Source: Thalia democratica
Lineage: Eukaryota
Length of the DNA stretch: 64,000 nucleotides
Assembly: GCA_965202585.1 (NCBI GenBank)
Contig: OZ241826.1
Coordinates: 103,974,001 to 104,038,000 of the forward strand
Direction: 5' to 3'
Below the pieces are notes generated by a model. The model did no database searches, was not told where the DNA came from, and was given only the letters and a program-made list of their open reading frames with translations. Each line of letters begins with the position of its first letter. The stretch's first letter is position 1. The position numbers were made by a program, and so were the translations under genes. This document shows, in pieces, positions 25,686 through 38,037 of this stretch.

Positions 25686-28600
25686 ATGAAATCAATTAAA
25701 GAAATGCAGGCAAGAAAACCAGTTGAACTTCAACCTCATGGTATGAATAAATATGATTTGGGAGCTTTATCTGATGATCAGCAAGTTAAGCTGACTACAT
25801 TTAAAGTAAAAAAACTTTTACTTTAAGTTAAATGAAAATTTAGTTACTTTATTTCAATTTCTTATCACTTTTAACTATGCTTAAAAGTAGTTTTTTAAAT
25901 AGCTGTACTAATAATAAAGATAAATTAAAATTGCACTGTTAAATGTAATTACATAGTGTCTTTAATAAACTTTTGCATTTTAGCATTTTAGTTTATTATT
26001 TTTGTTAAAAATTTAGACCTAAACTTGCAATTTTGTTTTTAAAATGTCTTATAAAATTTGTTACATTACTTGTATTTTACTAATTAACTTATTTAAAATG
26101 AATCTTGTTAAACACTATTTACTGAGATAAAATAAGTTAATATAAAATAATATATATACTATAAGATAAATAGTGCAAGTTGCTATTGTTAGAATAAGAT
26201 CATTTTTAGTTTTAGGAAGGTAAAGTATTTTCATAAAGCTTGATTTTTTGTAGGTTTATACATAATATTTAATTTCCTTTTAAGGTATTTTACAATAAAT
26301 TTAAGTAAAATTAATCAAAGTTGGAGATTTCAATATCTTACACTTGAATGAGATAACCAAAACTGCAAATAATAGTTATCATTAAGAAGATGTGATTCAG
26401 TAATTTATTTAAACTTATACAATCTAATGTTTTAAACTGTAATCAACGTTTTTGAGGGAATTCGAATTTATAATTCAGAGTAGTTTTAATATTTTAAAAA
26501 TATATAATGTTTTGGGTTATTTCAGTTTAAAGTTATAAATAAAATTAAGTAATTTTACACAGAATAAAGTTTTGACTTTTTTTTAACCACACTAGAAGTT
26601 TAAGTTTTAAGATGTTTATGCTCAAGCAAAAGCATTACCATAAATTTTACAGTTAACAAACAATCTTATTTTTAAGAACAAAAAATATTTTCAATGAAAT
26701 GACTTACAATTAAGTAATTTAAAGTACCTTTAAGTACACTTAAAGAAAACTTTAACATTATATTTTTACAGATAAGGCAGAGACTACAAAATGAGGAATA
26801 CATCAGAAAGCACCCAGAAATGCAGTTTCTCATTCATGGATTTATGAGGTTGCTTTAGTTATCTTAAACATGTTTAAGTGTAAATTGTTGTAAGTTTTAA
26901 ACTTTTAATTTAAAGTTGGCTAAACTTACAAATAATTTGTTTGCTATTTTTAGTTTCTAAAGTTTTTTATGTGATATCAATCAAAAAACAGTATTTGAGA
27001 ATTTTGAATGTTTTTTTTTGAAAATCTAGGAGCTATAATTTTCTTACCTCTTACACTTAGATTGTCATGAATTATTTTTACAAATTAAGTCAAACAGCTA
27101 AAATTATTAAATATGCAAGATAGTTTTATTTATAACAGCAATAAAACAAGCTCATAGCCACAATGTTAGATATACTTGTAAATGTCAAAATTTCACAAAC
27201 GTACATAATTGCACAAGGGCACAAAGTTGCACTAAGATACTTTTGCACAAGCAGACAATTTTGCACGTTTTGAATTTTTTTTTTAAATTTTATTTCTTAA
27301 TTTTACTATCACAGTTACCCCTAACCCTTACCCTTTGTCAGTAACTTTTTTCTTTTAGTTTTTTTCAATAATTCATTAAGTATTTATTTTTGTTTTATTT
27401 TTAATCTTGTGCAAAATTGACCCTCCGTGAAAATTTTCTTTGTGCAATTTTGTACCCTCGTGCAATTATGTAATTTTGTGAAATTTTGACAGCTACAAGT
27501 ATATATAACATTGAGGCTATAAGTGCATCATAGCAATTTTGTCCCCTGTGCAAATTTGTTTTTGTGCAATTTAGTAACCTAGTGCAATTTTTTTTCTTTG
27601 TGTAATTTAGACCCGTTCCCATATATTCCATGTGCTTGCTTATGAATAATGAGTTTAGTTGAGTTTTAAGCCCTAATTTTTATACACATTGATAATCATA
27701 AGAGCACCTGGGACAAAGTATGAGGTGATTTGAAAATGTTTTTAGGGGCTTGGATTATTTTCTAAAAACAATCTTAGTTTGACTGTATAGAACCTGGAAA
27801 AATTAGCCTCAAAGTTTTAAGCCTAAATTAGTTTTACATGTGGCAGTTATAAAAAATATAATTGTGCAACCACTTGAAGAAGTTTCATAGAGGTTATCAT
27901 TTTCAATTGCTTAAAGTTTTTTTGAAAAAATCATAAGTGCATCCGTGAAACTTTCTTTGAATCATATCAAATTCCGTACAGTGTTTCTTTGTGATAATTG
28001 CCACATGTTAAACATTTTGAATTACAAGGTCAAACTTTTATAGTCCCATACAGTTTACATTGGTGTGTTTCCAGAATAAATTAAGCAAAGTCTCACTAAA
28101 AGTTTATTCAATTCACTTGCCCAAGGTGTTCTTATGATAGTTCATAAATAAAAAAAATTAGAGCTAAAAACCAAAAAATACAATTTTATAGCTCCCTAAT
28201 GTGGGTAGCTGTCAAGTTTTCACAAGCGTACATAATTGCACGAGGGCAAAAAATTGCAAAATGATACTTTTGCACGAGCAGACAATTTTGCACGAGTTAT
28301 TCTTTTTTTTGTTGACTTGAATTTTTTTTTCTTTTTACCATCATTGTTGCTCCTAACCCTTACCCTTGGTTGATAATTTTCCTTTTTTTTGTTGTTTTTT
28401 TTTTACTTTAACTGTTACCTCTAACCCTTACCCTCTGTTGGTAGCTTTTTTTATCGTTTTATAAAGTTTTTAATATTTATTTTTTTGTTTTTATAATAAT
28501 TTTTATTAGTTTTTTTATATTCTTTTATTTTAACTATCACTGTTACCCCTAACCCTTATCATCAGTCAGTTACTTTATTTTCTTTTATCTTTTTTATTAA

Positions 28601-30349
28601 TTTATCTTTTATTTTTTTTTTTTTGTTTTTTTTTTACTCGCGTGCAAAAATGATTCTCCGTGCAAAATTGTAACTCGTGCAAAATAGACTTTTGGTCCAA
28701 AAGTTTCTTCGTGCAATTTAGTCCCCTTGTGCAAAATTACCTTTGTGCAAATTAGTAACCTTGTTCAATTTTGACCCGTTTCCCCTTATGTATATACAAT
28801 ACATGTGTAAATACAAAAAGTTTGGCATATCTGCAGGGTGGGTATATCACTTCTACACAGAATTGTTAAAAATGATGTACAAAAATTTATTATTTTTATG
28901 CTCAAAAATGACAAGCTCTTATTTTCAAATAAGTTTTACTAGGATTTATGTGGTAGAGTATTAAGTTTAACTTGTTTATATAATAAATTTATATTATAAT
29001 TAAACAGAGAATTATTGCTGAAGAAGCCGGAAGATGTCCGTCAATTTGCATCAGATCATTTCTTACATCCTGAGCTTCCCATGAAGATCAAAGAGCAGGT
29101 TTTGATAATGTTTATAATTATGTAATTGTTACAAATAATAAAAAGACAAAACATTTGGTCCTTGGACCTGGTGCACGAAGGACTTTTCGGTTATCGAGTC
29201 GCACACCACGGATACCTTTTAATGTCTTGTCCAGGACTAAATATTCAAACTTTATGTTGCAATATATATAATTATAGATGCAGGTTGTAAATTTATGTAG
29301 TATTACTGTACTTAGAAACTATTTTTATTATAATAAACTCCCCTAAGTTGGTCCTCATTTATCCTTTGGCAGGCCGCAGTTTGCCAGACTCAATCGTGTT
29401 TTAATCATTATGTTTTAAAATTTTCCAAAATTGTTTCGGTTTAAAGCTTTTGAGTTTGAGTTTCGTTAGATTTTGATTTAAAGTTCACATATCACAATTA
29501 GTGGTCTACGAGATCCAAATATTTAGCCCAAATAATAATCTTCATAAGTGTAGTAGTTAAGAATACAATAAATTAAACTATAAAATGTAATTTCATACAT
29601 CCCTAAGTACTTATGAAGTAAGAACAGGTTGAACAAACAAATAAAACTGTAAAAATATATATATGATTATAGAAGCAGGTTGTGGAGTTAAGTAGTATTA
29701 CTGAACTTAATGTATATAAATTAATTTTATCCTCGTAAATCCCTTAGCAGGCCAGTCACTATTTTAATTCACTCGTTTTATAATCATTATGTAAAGCTGA
29801 CAACAATGTTTTGATTCAAAGCTATTGAGTTGGCGGTTTCTAATTTTTCATTTAAAATTAGCATATTAGTGGTCTACTGCAGTGCTTCTGAACCTTTTTC
29901 TAGTGGCGGAACCCTTTTCCGAAGTTCAAAATTTCCGCGGAACCCCTAATTTTAATTTTACGTAAAATGTAAATAATTTTTACATAAATTTTTAAATTTC
30001 GAAAGGCTTCGCGGAACCCCTGAGAGGCACCGCGGAACCCTATTTCAGAAGCACTGGTCTACTGTATCGGAGGATGTAGCTAATTGTGTTTAATTAAACT
30101 CATCAAAGCTTCCATTCTTCACAGGTGGCCAGACAACAAGACAACACTCCCACCAAGTGTCCATTCCTATCAACTAGCGATGTTTCAGCCAATCACGTTG
30201 AGGAATTTGTTTTGAACAAGGAGATTGATGCGTTAGCTGAAAATGAGGTTGGTGAAACTTCGACCAATGAAAATCAAGAAAGCGACGAAACTTCAGCCAA
30301 TGACGATGAAGAAAGCGGTGATACTACCTCCAGTGGTGATAGTGTTTAA
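25686..30349 (+). CDS. RIIAD1: RIIa domain-containing protein 1 orthologue (170 aa, 4 exons)
   Basis: Exons 25686-25805, 26772-26848, 29008-29098, 30125-30349 with matching phases. Translation YDLGALSDDQQVKLTTFKIRQRLQNEEYIRKHPEMQFLIHGFMRELLLKKPEDVRQFASDHFLHPELP aligns by eye with vertebrate RIIAD1 as I recall it (DPGALS..Q..L..FKI..R..NE.Y.R.H.E...LI.GF.RE..LK.P.....FA.D.F..P.LP). Confidence 0.9.
27150..27620. mobile_element. Composite foldback element in RIIAD1 intron 2
   Basis: Inverted ends at 27150-27190 and 27481-27525, plus an extra arm ending in TAGACCCGTTCC. Confidence 0.7.
27695..28138. mobile_element. MITE with imperfect TIRs in RIIAD1 intron 2
   Basis: atcataagagcacc...ggtgttcttatgat inverted ends. 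Confidence 0.5.
28204..28783 (+). mobile_element. Foldback/MULE-like element with an 8-9-bp TSD
   Basis: GGTAGCTGTCAA...TTGACCCGTTTCC imperfect termini; flanks cctaatgt(g) and ccttatgt(a); three internal units containing cctaacccttacc. Confidence 0.75.
29155..29238 (+). repeat. About 85-bp dispersed hairpin repeat, copy 3
   Basis: ggacctggtgcacga...cggttatcgagtcgcacacca...gtccaggact. Confidence 0.8.
29270..29879. repeat. Degenerate tandem duplication in RIIAD1 intron 3, period about 390 bp
   Basis: Shared gcaggttgt...gtagtattactg.actta, gcaggcc, taatcattatgt, aagct.ttgagtt and attagtggtctac blocks. Confidence 0.65.
29880..30056 (-). mobile_element. hAT-type MITE, same family as 6931-7125, inverted
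   Basis: Same TIR; perfect 8-bp TSD GTCTACTG; about 18-bp internal deletion. Confidence 0.92.
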
Positions 30350-30462
30350 ATGAATGGGGGGAATTTTTTTAAATAGTTTTGTTTGTGTTTGTAAAACTGG
30401 ATTGTTTAGTTATACTGTAATTTATATGTTTAATTTAAAGCAAGTAGTATTCACTGCAATAG

Positions 30463-30468
30463 AATAAA
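30463..30468 (+). terminator. Candidate polyadenylation signal for RIIAD1
   Basis: AATAAA about 115 nt after the stop codon; weak evidence in AT-rich DNA. Confidence 0.35.
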
Positions 30469-31500
30469 CTTGAATTTTATTTAAGTATAAAGGTCTAGTT
30501 TAAATATAATATCTTTAAAAGCTGATATTTTTACATCATAAGTTCAAATTAAGAAAACTCTTGTACACTCTTTAAAATACTTTAAACTTTTAATCCCTTT
30601 AAAACACTGTCTATTTAAATTAGATTATGGACTCGACTCTACACGTGTTCAAAGCTTGTAGAAACTTGTGTTTTTATAATAGTTTTAAGCTGTTAATCTA
30701 GCATAACTATGAAAAAATTTAATTTGTAAATTTTTTTACGCAATCAAAAATATAGCTGTCTTAAAACAAAAGCTGTTTTCAACTGTTCTTTAAAAAATCA
30801 CTGTGTTTCAAACATTATATTTGTTTTAAAAAGTTTATTTAACACTTGTATGAGTTTTTTGCTTTCATTTCAAAAATGGTAAATATTTCAAAAGTGTTTA
30901 GTTTTAAAAACTAATCTTAAAAATTTGAACTAAACCTAAAATAAAGAATATTTTTAAAGCAAACAAAATTTAACTAAGTATGATTTTTGGAGTAATAATA
31001 CTTTGTTAGTTTTCTGTTGTTGTGATAAATATACTCTATAGTAAAACTAAAGAAAAAAACTGTTCTATATATTTTGCTATTTTTTTCTGTTAAAATCTTT
31101 AAGACTATTAATTTTAATTTAAGCACATAATTTTTGGAAATGTTTTATATAGGTTTTACTTAAATGAAAATTACTTTTTGTAATATATATTTTTTTTTTA
31201 CGTTTTTAATATTCACTGTTTTCAAGTTTTGCTTAGTTTGAATAAATTCTACTAAAGTTAATGCTTTAATTCAAATAACGTTAATATCATTTTTTTGAAA
31301 GATAGTATTATTTAACATACAATATTTTAATCAAAAAATATGTTTTATTGTCAGTTATAATTTTTAATAAATCATCATTTTTTTTATATAATTTTTAATT
31401 AAAGTCAAAATTTACTCATTAGAAGCATACAAGGTTCGTGTTTACAAATTTACTAATTTAATTTAGGAAACATACTCAAAAATATTATATTTTTTTATAG

Positions 31501-31754
31501 CAGGGTTTCCCAAACTTATTTTCAAAAAGCCCCCTAAACAGAAATTTAAAAAATCTATGGCTCCCTCCAACATTACTCAAAAAACTACCATTAAAAATAC
31601 CTAGATCCTTTTTTTTTTTTTTTTGCCCTTCATCATCAACTCCATAATATCTAGTGTAAGTTTCTACCTCATGACCTCTCTGTGGTCCCTTTAGAGTTCA
31701 TGCCCCCCTTCTTTGCTCCTCATGGCCCCCTAAATTCCTGTCGAGAAACCCCTG
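31501..31754. mobile_element. hAT-like MITE
   Basis: CAGGGTTTCCC...GAGAAACCCCTG termini; TSD decayed. Confidence 0.55.
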
Positions 31755-33223
31755 TTGTAAACGTTAGATTACAAACAGATATTTGTGCTGTTTCTTTAAA
31801 AAAGTTTTGAATACTCGAAAGATATTAGTATGCGTATAAATGTTTTTTTTTTTTTGTAAATTTTTTTGTACTCGTTCAGAATATTCAATTTTGCACTGTA
31901 ACAAAATAAATTTAATGTATTATTCCTTAAAAGCAACAACTAATGCTTAAATGTTTTGAAATATATATATTTTTTTTCTTTAGTAAAAAAGTTTAGTTTT
32001 TTAGTTTAAAACTTAATAAAATGTTACATAGTATTTAAGAAAACAACAAAATTAAAAAAAACAATTTTTTAGATAAAAGACGTTCTTAACTAATTGTTTT
32101 TAGTTAGATATTTACACATGTTTTTTTAAAGCATTATTAACTAAGTGTAATAACTAACTTTTTTATCTTGAAACTTTGTTGATCTAAAAATTAATAGAGA
32201 TACTTGATTCAAATAAGCTCTTATTCCTGAAACTAACACTTATTTTTGTAGATCTCATAATTTAATTGATCTGTTGAACAATATTCTGGTGTAAGGTTAT
32301 AACTCAATGCTTTACAAGTTCGATAAATAAAGAAGCGTTATAATTTTCAAGTCTGTTTTCTTACTACGTGTTGGCGTTCTTTATATTTTCGTTCAAACTA
32401 AGGTAATTTTAAAGCTGTCAAAAGTCGAATAATTTAGTTGCTTACAAACTCAGTATCAAAAGATACAAACCAATTGGTATAGCCTCGAACAACGAGTAAA
32501 TATATTTTTATATAAAAGTAAGATCGAAACAAAGATCCATTAACTTGACTTAAGAAACATATTACAAAACTCATCATTAAATGAGCTTATAAATAATTTA
32601 AGTAAATACGTTGGTGATCGTGTTAACGATGTTGCATATTAGACTTATAAAATTCTTGATTGATTTAAGATTTTATGAAGAGACTTCTTTAGAAGTTGAC
32701 ACCTTTATTTTTTGTAACAATTGAAAGTTTTACTAATATAGTTCGGCGTTATACAAACAGTTTTGTTGCCTTTCACTTTTTCATTTGCTTACCATATTTA
32801 AAGTAACTTAAGCTTTTTATATTTTTTTTACTTGTTTTGAATTACAAAACTCTTCTCAGATTCTGCTATCAACTTGCTACAAAGTCCCATGTATAAAAAT
32901 TACTAGGTTATTTAATTGGTAGCACATCGATAAAAACAATATTAAACTTTGCTGTTTAAAAATTATTTTCTTCAAACGCATTCTTATAGTTTTGTTTGAT
33001 AAAGAAAGAAGAAATTTACAAAACTAACTAAAAGATACTTTACCAGCTGTTTCAACAGCAATACTTGTTTAAAAGTTGGTTTACAAATAGTTTAACACAG
33101 CATAAAATTAATTCTACAATAGTTTAAGTTTTATTAAAACCTCTTGGTAAGTTTTTGAATAAATGCATAACTAACAACATAACACAAACATCAAAAGTAT
33201 ATAGCAATACTAATTAGCAGACG

Positions 33224-33300
33224 GCAAGACAAGACGTTAAAAGGTATTCGTGGTGGACGACTCGATAACCGAAATATTTTTTCGTGCACCAGATCCCACA
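33224..33300 (-). repeat. About 85-bp dispersed hairpin repeat, copy 4 (inverted)
   Basis: Reverse complement reads ggatctggtgcacga...cggttatcgagtcgtccacca...aacgtcttgtc. Confidence 0.75.
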
Positions 33301-33860
33301 ATTGTTCAAGAGCTTTTTTTATGTTCAGTAAAATATATACATAGTAAAACTTTTGTCAAATTATTAAGGTAGTTAGTAATTAACAGTATTTTAATAAACA
33401 CTATTTTAAAACAACAAAAAAAAAATTTAATATTTTTTCTACTTATATATCAATAAATTAAACATGTTTAAGGTCTGTTATTAATACAATGAAATATGTA
33501 AACAAAAATAAAAACAAACAAATTTTCTAAACGATGATAAAGTATAAAAATGTTCATAAGCATAACTTGCTGGCTTCAGTGTCGCGATTAAGTTTTCAAT
33601 TTTTACAACAGTGAGTTCAAGTTTTCAAGTTAAACCATTTAAAGATAAAAGTTCTTTAAATTTTAAAACTAATTGGTTTTTGAAAAAAGTTTTTAAAAAG
33701 ACTTTAACAAGGTAAAATACAGGTTCTCAAGTTTAAACGCTTTAGAAAAAAAACACTTTTAACTATTTAGAAATAGCTGGTCACTTAAGAAAGTATACAA
33801 AACAACATTATTGATTAGTTGTGATTTTTATACAAAATATAGTAAAACTTTTATTATTAA

Positions 33861-36800
33861 TTACAATCGTCTCGAATAAACAAACAGAGCTATTGATAAC
33901 ATAAGAAATGTAATCGCCAGTCCTCCGCATACATAAGCAACTAAACTATTTTTAGCTTTTTTTATAGTCTTTGTTGTATTAGTGCTTGTCAGTGTTGGCT
34001 CAATGTCTTTATCTTGTAGATCTAAAAAAAATGCGACTTATTGATAATTAAAATTTATTAGAGCTTAAAAACAAAAGACTAGTCGCAAAATAAAAAAATA
34101 CAAAAGGTACTCTTGAGAATCGGCGTTTTTAACTAATTAAAACAGTTAGAATTAAAAGAAGTTAAAACAATTTATACAACTCACTGTTAGTTTCGTGTAT
34201 AGTTTTGCAGTTTCTTTGTACAATTTGGGGCTTTACTACTGATGTATATTTCTCACACACTTCATTTCCGTTGTCACAATAAACTTTGCTGTTGTCGTCT
34301 ATGCAGACATCTACAAAGTTTATACATTTCTAAACAGTTGTACAATTATATTTTTTAGATAAACATTGATATAATATTTTTTTTCGGTTGAAAGAGCTTC
34401 AAAAAATATTTATTTGATCAAAACAATTTTTAATAAAATCAGAGTTTCCAAATCTAAATGTGATTAATTTTAAAGAACTTAATTTTGTTGTTGACATTAC
34501 TTTTCTGTTCTACTTGAATTTATACGCAAAGGTATACACAGTTGATATATTTGTTTGTTTTTGACGTGCTCACGCATTATTGGTTTTAATGATTGGTTCT
34601 CTTCTTTTTGAAGTTTTAAATCAAGAAAAGGCAGACGCTCAATTTTCTGCTCTTTAATGTGTATTTTTAATGAGAAAATATTTTTTAGAATGATTTCTTG
34701 CGAATTATTTTGGAGTCGAATTTTACGAACGTATCGTTAACTTTATCTTTAGTTATTTGGTTTTAAATGATGCGTCTTTTTGTTTACATACAATGCGTAA
34801 CACGCAGAGCTAAGAACGCGTCAACATTGCTACATGATGTTTGTGTTTCAATGCAAGAATAAACCCGTTGAGAATAGATCAAACATTATTCTCAATACTA
34901 TTTATCAAGTGTTTGGTTTTGAAGATTAAAGAGTCTTTTAATTTGGACACTATTTTAAGGTTCATTGCAGTACAAACTATTATGTCAAAACTTGTTGTTT
35001 TTCATTTTTATCAAACTTTATGTAATGGTTGGACAATTTATACAAATACAGTAATAATTTTAAACAAACATTACAGTGAGTAGCTAAAAGACTTTAATAA
35101 TAATCTGTCTTAATTTCTTCATGCAAAGTGGTGTATACCAATCTGTCAATTAACTCCTATTGTAAGTCTTAAGAATCAGCTTAATATTATGTTAAAATAT
35201 TTAGAATAATTTTGTATTCATCTAAAAACAACTAAATTTAACATACATAGCTACAACAAATATATAAGTTTTTTATATAGTGAAAAAGCCAAATAAATTC
35301 GGTTTTGTATTTTACAACTTTAATTTAAAGTTACTTTATAAGCATAGTAGTTGATTTCTACAAAAAGAAGAAAACTAACTTTGTGTTTCTTTTTTGAAAC
35401 AACAAAAGTCCATTTTGTCTTCAACAAATCTGCAGACACTCTTGTTGTCATCGCACAGTTTTTCTTGTTGTGACTTTTTGCATTTTTCATCTGTTTGGAT
35501 TTAATGCTATAACTTTTTTTTCCTGCGTTACTGGCTAGGTTTATTTTAAATGTGTTAAATTTTTTTTAACTAACAACATGATTTTTATCATCAAATACGC
35601 TTCTAAAAGTTTGGTAAACAAACAAGAGGAAGAAATTTAAAGTTGTACAGGTCTTACTTTTATAATTTTTTTAATAATTTATCTATAAAAACATTAGACC
35701 ACAGAGTATAGTATTCCTTTATTTTTTTGTAAAAGTATGTAAGTACATATTTGTTACTATAAAACTCTTAGTTCAAGTAAATGACTTAAAGTGAAGTAAG
35801 TGACTTTCCTAATGATTGTGAAGATCAATGTATAGTATATCAATTTTGAAACAATTTGATTAAGTTAAACTTTAAGTCTAGTTGATTTCAATGACATTTT
35901 ACAACCAAACTTAAAAGAAAACAGAAACTAATTAGTATAAACTTTTAAACCACAAAACAAACTTAGCCAAGCGAGTCGTGTGGCGTACTCCAGATTGTAA
36001 TGTTCTTCATCAGCCATATTCCTTGGTGGTTTTATTACGCACTTCCACTTTCCCGCCATATCATTTCGCGGTTCACTGATCACAAAATGACCGCTAGTTG
36101 TCGCACTAAACGCGCCAGTTGCACCTTTGTATTTACCAGTGGGGATCACATGTATATAGTTTGTGCCCTATTAAAACAAGTTGACATTAATAAAACGGAG
36201 TTATTAAGTAAATAATTAGATCATAACTAGAAAATTATGGGTATAATAATTGCAGAGAACATCAATTTGTAGTTTTTCAAGAATTTTTTTTGTTAAAATG
36301 AATAATACATTTTTGGTTAAAATAATTTGTTAAGTCATTTTATTATAAACTATAGTTACTAAAGCTAACAAAGTTTATTTAGCTACTAAAACTACGGCTC
36401 GCGAGGGGAAAAAGTGCGGTCCGTGACGTTTTTTAATTGAGAAATTAAAAATGAAAAACAAAAAAAAAAGTCAGAGCATTAAAGCTTACTAGGATTTAAA
36501 TTAATTTTTTATTATTACTATTTAAGTTAACATTTTGCTTAAGAATAGTCGTCCTATATATTAAACATATAGCAAATATTCTTAAAAGTCTCACAGATAA
36601 ACAGTACGCAAAGTATTTACAAACTATCTTCTCAGAAGTATAAAAGTTTCATACAACAAAATAGATAGGAAGAAACGTATCAATAAAGCTTAAAGAATCA
36701 CAAAAAAATCTATTACATTTTCTTTTGTACAATGCCTTTATTTTAATAAAAGTGTTATTTAGCTATTGTTTTTTGACCAGAAATTTTATATTCAGAAACA

Positions 36801-38037
36801 AGTGTAGTCATAACTACGTTTTTTACAAACAGCTAACCGTTTTGTTAATTTTAGGAACCAGTTTAGCGACTAGATGTTCTTTTCCATCGGCTTCAAGCAG
36901 AACGAGAACAGTGAACCTCCAACTTCTCGGTTTACTGCTGGCAAGTTTGAACAGATGATCAGATAACTTGGCATCGAAGCACGGAAGAGGTAAGTTTCGG
37001 GCTGACAAGCTTGTTTCTACTTCAGTAGCTGAAATAATGTCACGCAATTAAAATTAAAATGAATATTTTCGCAGGTGAGGTTTTTTAGTTACATCTTTTA
37101 AACTGTTATTAGCATATTATAAAAAAATTTGATACGGACATACCCAATTTTAAAAAATCAATCTAACTACCTTGTCAGAATTAAAATGTTTGTATACATA
37201 GTTGCCAAAATTTAAATATTTTTTATTTGGGCTTAGTAAATTTACATGCTGGTTAACAAAAAAGCTCTAAATCATGGCAACTATGACTGTATACATAGAC
37301 AGTTGTAGTTTTAGACTCTTAGTTACACGTAGAATTGTTTATTTTATTAATAAATGTATTACGAATTATTATTTATAATTTATAACAAAACTTCTTATAA
37401 AGCGCCCATAAAGTTTTCTGCACCTGAAATTACATTATCCCAGAGCCGCCTCTGCTTTATTTAGATTTAAAATTTAGAAATTTCAAAAGTTTCAAATAAT
37501 AAGAGACATCAAGTTTTAAACATGTTGTTTAGTATTACAGCTACACTTAGTTTAGTTATACTACTTGTTTATTTCAAAAAGCCCCAAAACTAATTAATTG
37601 TAACTAAATAACTTATTATAAGTTTTAGATATTTTTAAAAACATATGGTTAAACGTGTAATACTAATATAAGTTATACTAAAAATACTTTTAGCTTCTTT
37701 TATGTGTATTGGTAGTTTCAAAAAATGTCTAGAAGTTGAAATTAAAAATGTTTTACTAAAACTATGATTAACTACAAAGAAAGAAAAACAAGCATTTTAC
37801 AACTCGTTAAGCATTTATTGTTTCAGTAAATCTTAAATATTATAAAAAGTTAACTTTTATTTTGTTAATAACAAGTTTTAACCAAACTTTTTTATTTCTA
37901 GCCTATACGAACTCCACTTTGTGTTTGTAAATTAACAACAACTTACTTATATAAGTACTTTGTTGGCTTAAGTTTTCACATATTGTCGTATAGAAGAAAC
38001 TGAATAGAATAACCACATTCAAAGCTATAATTTTCAT
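33861..38037 (-). CDS. Type I membrane protein (294 aa): signal peptide, Ig-like domain, two Cys-rich modules, Thr stalk, TM helix, 4-aa tail
   Basis: Exons 38037-37947, 37028-36838, 36167-35963, 35490-35380, 34310-34185, 34021-33861; phases 1/0/1/1/1; 885 nt total. MKIIALNVVILFSFFYTTIC signal peptide; LPLPC, SW and GHFVISEPRNDMAGKWKC resemble Ig B, C and E-F strand motifs; LVAYVCGGLAITFLMLSIALFVY TM helix. Confidence 0.8.

Noticed and set aside
29155-29238. tRNA or tRNA-derived SINE reading of the 85-bp repeat
   Set aside because: The B-box-like GGTTATCGAGTC has an insertion, box spacing is too short, and there is no cloverleaf or poly(A) tail.
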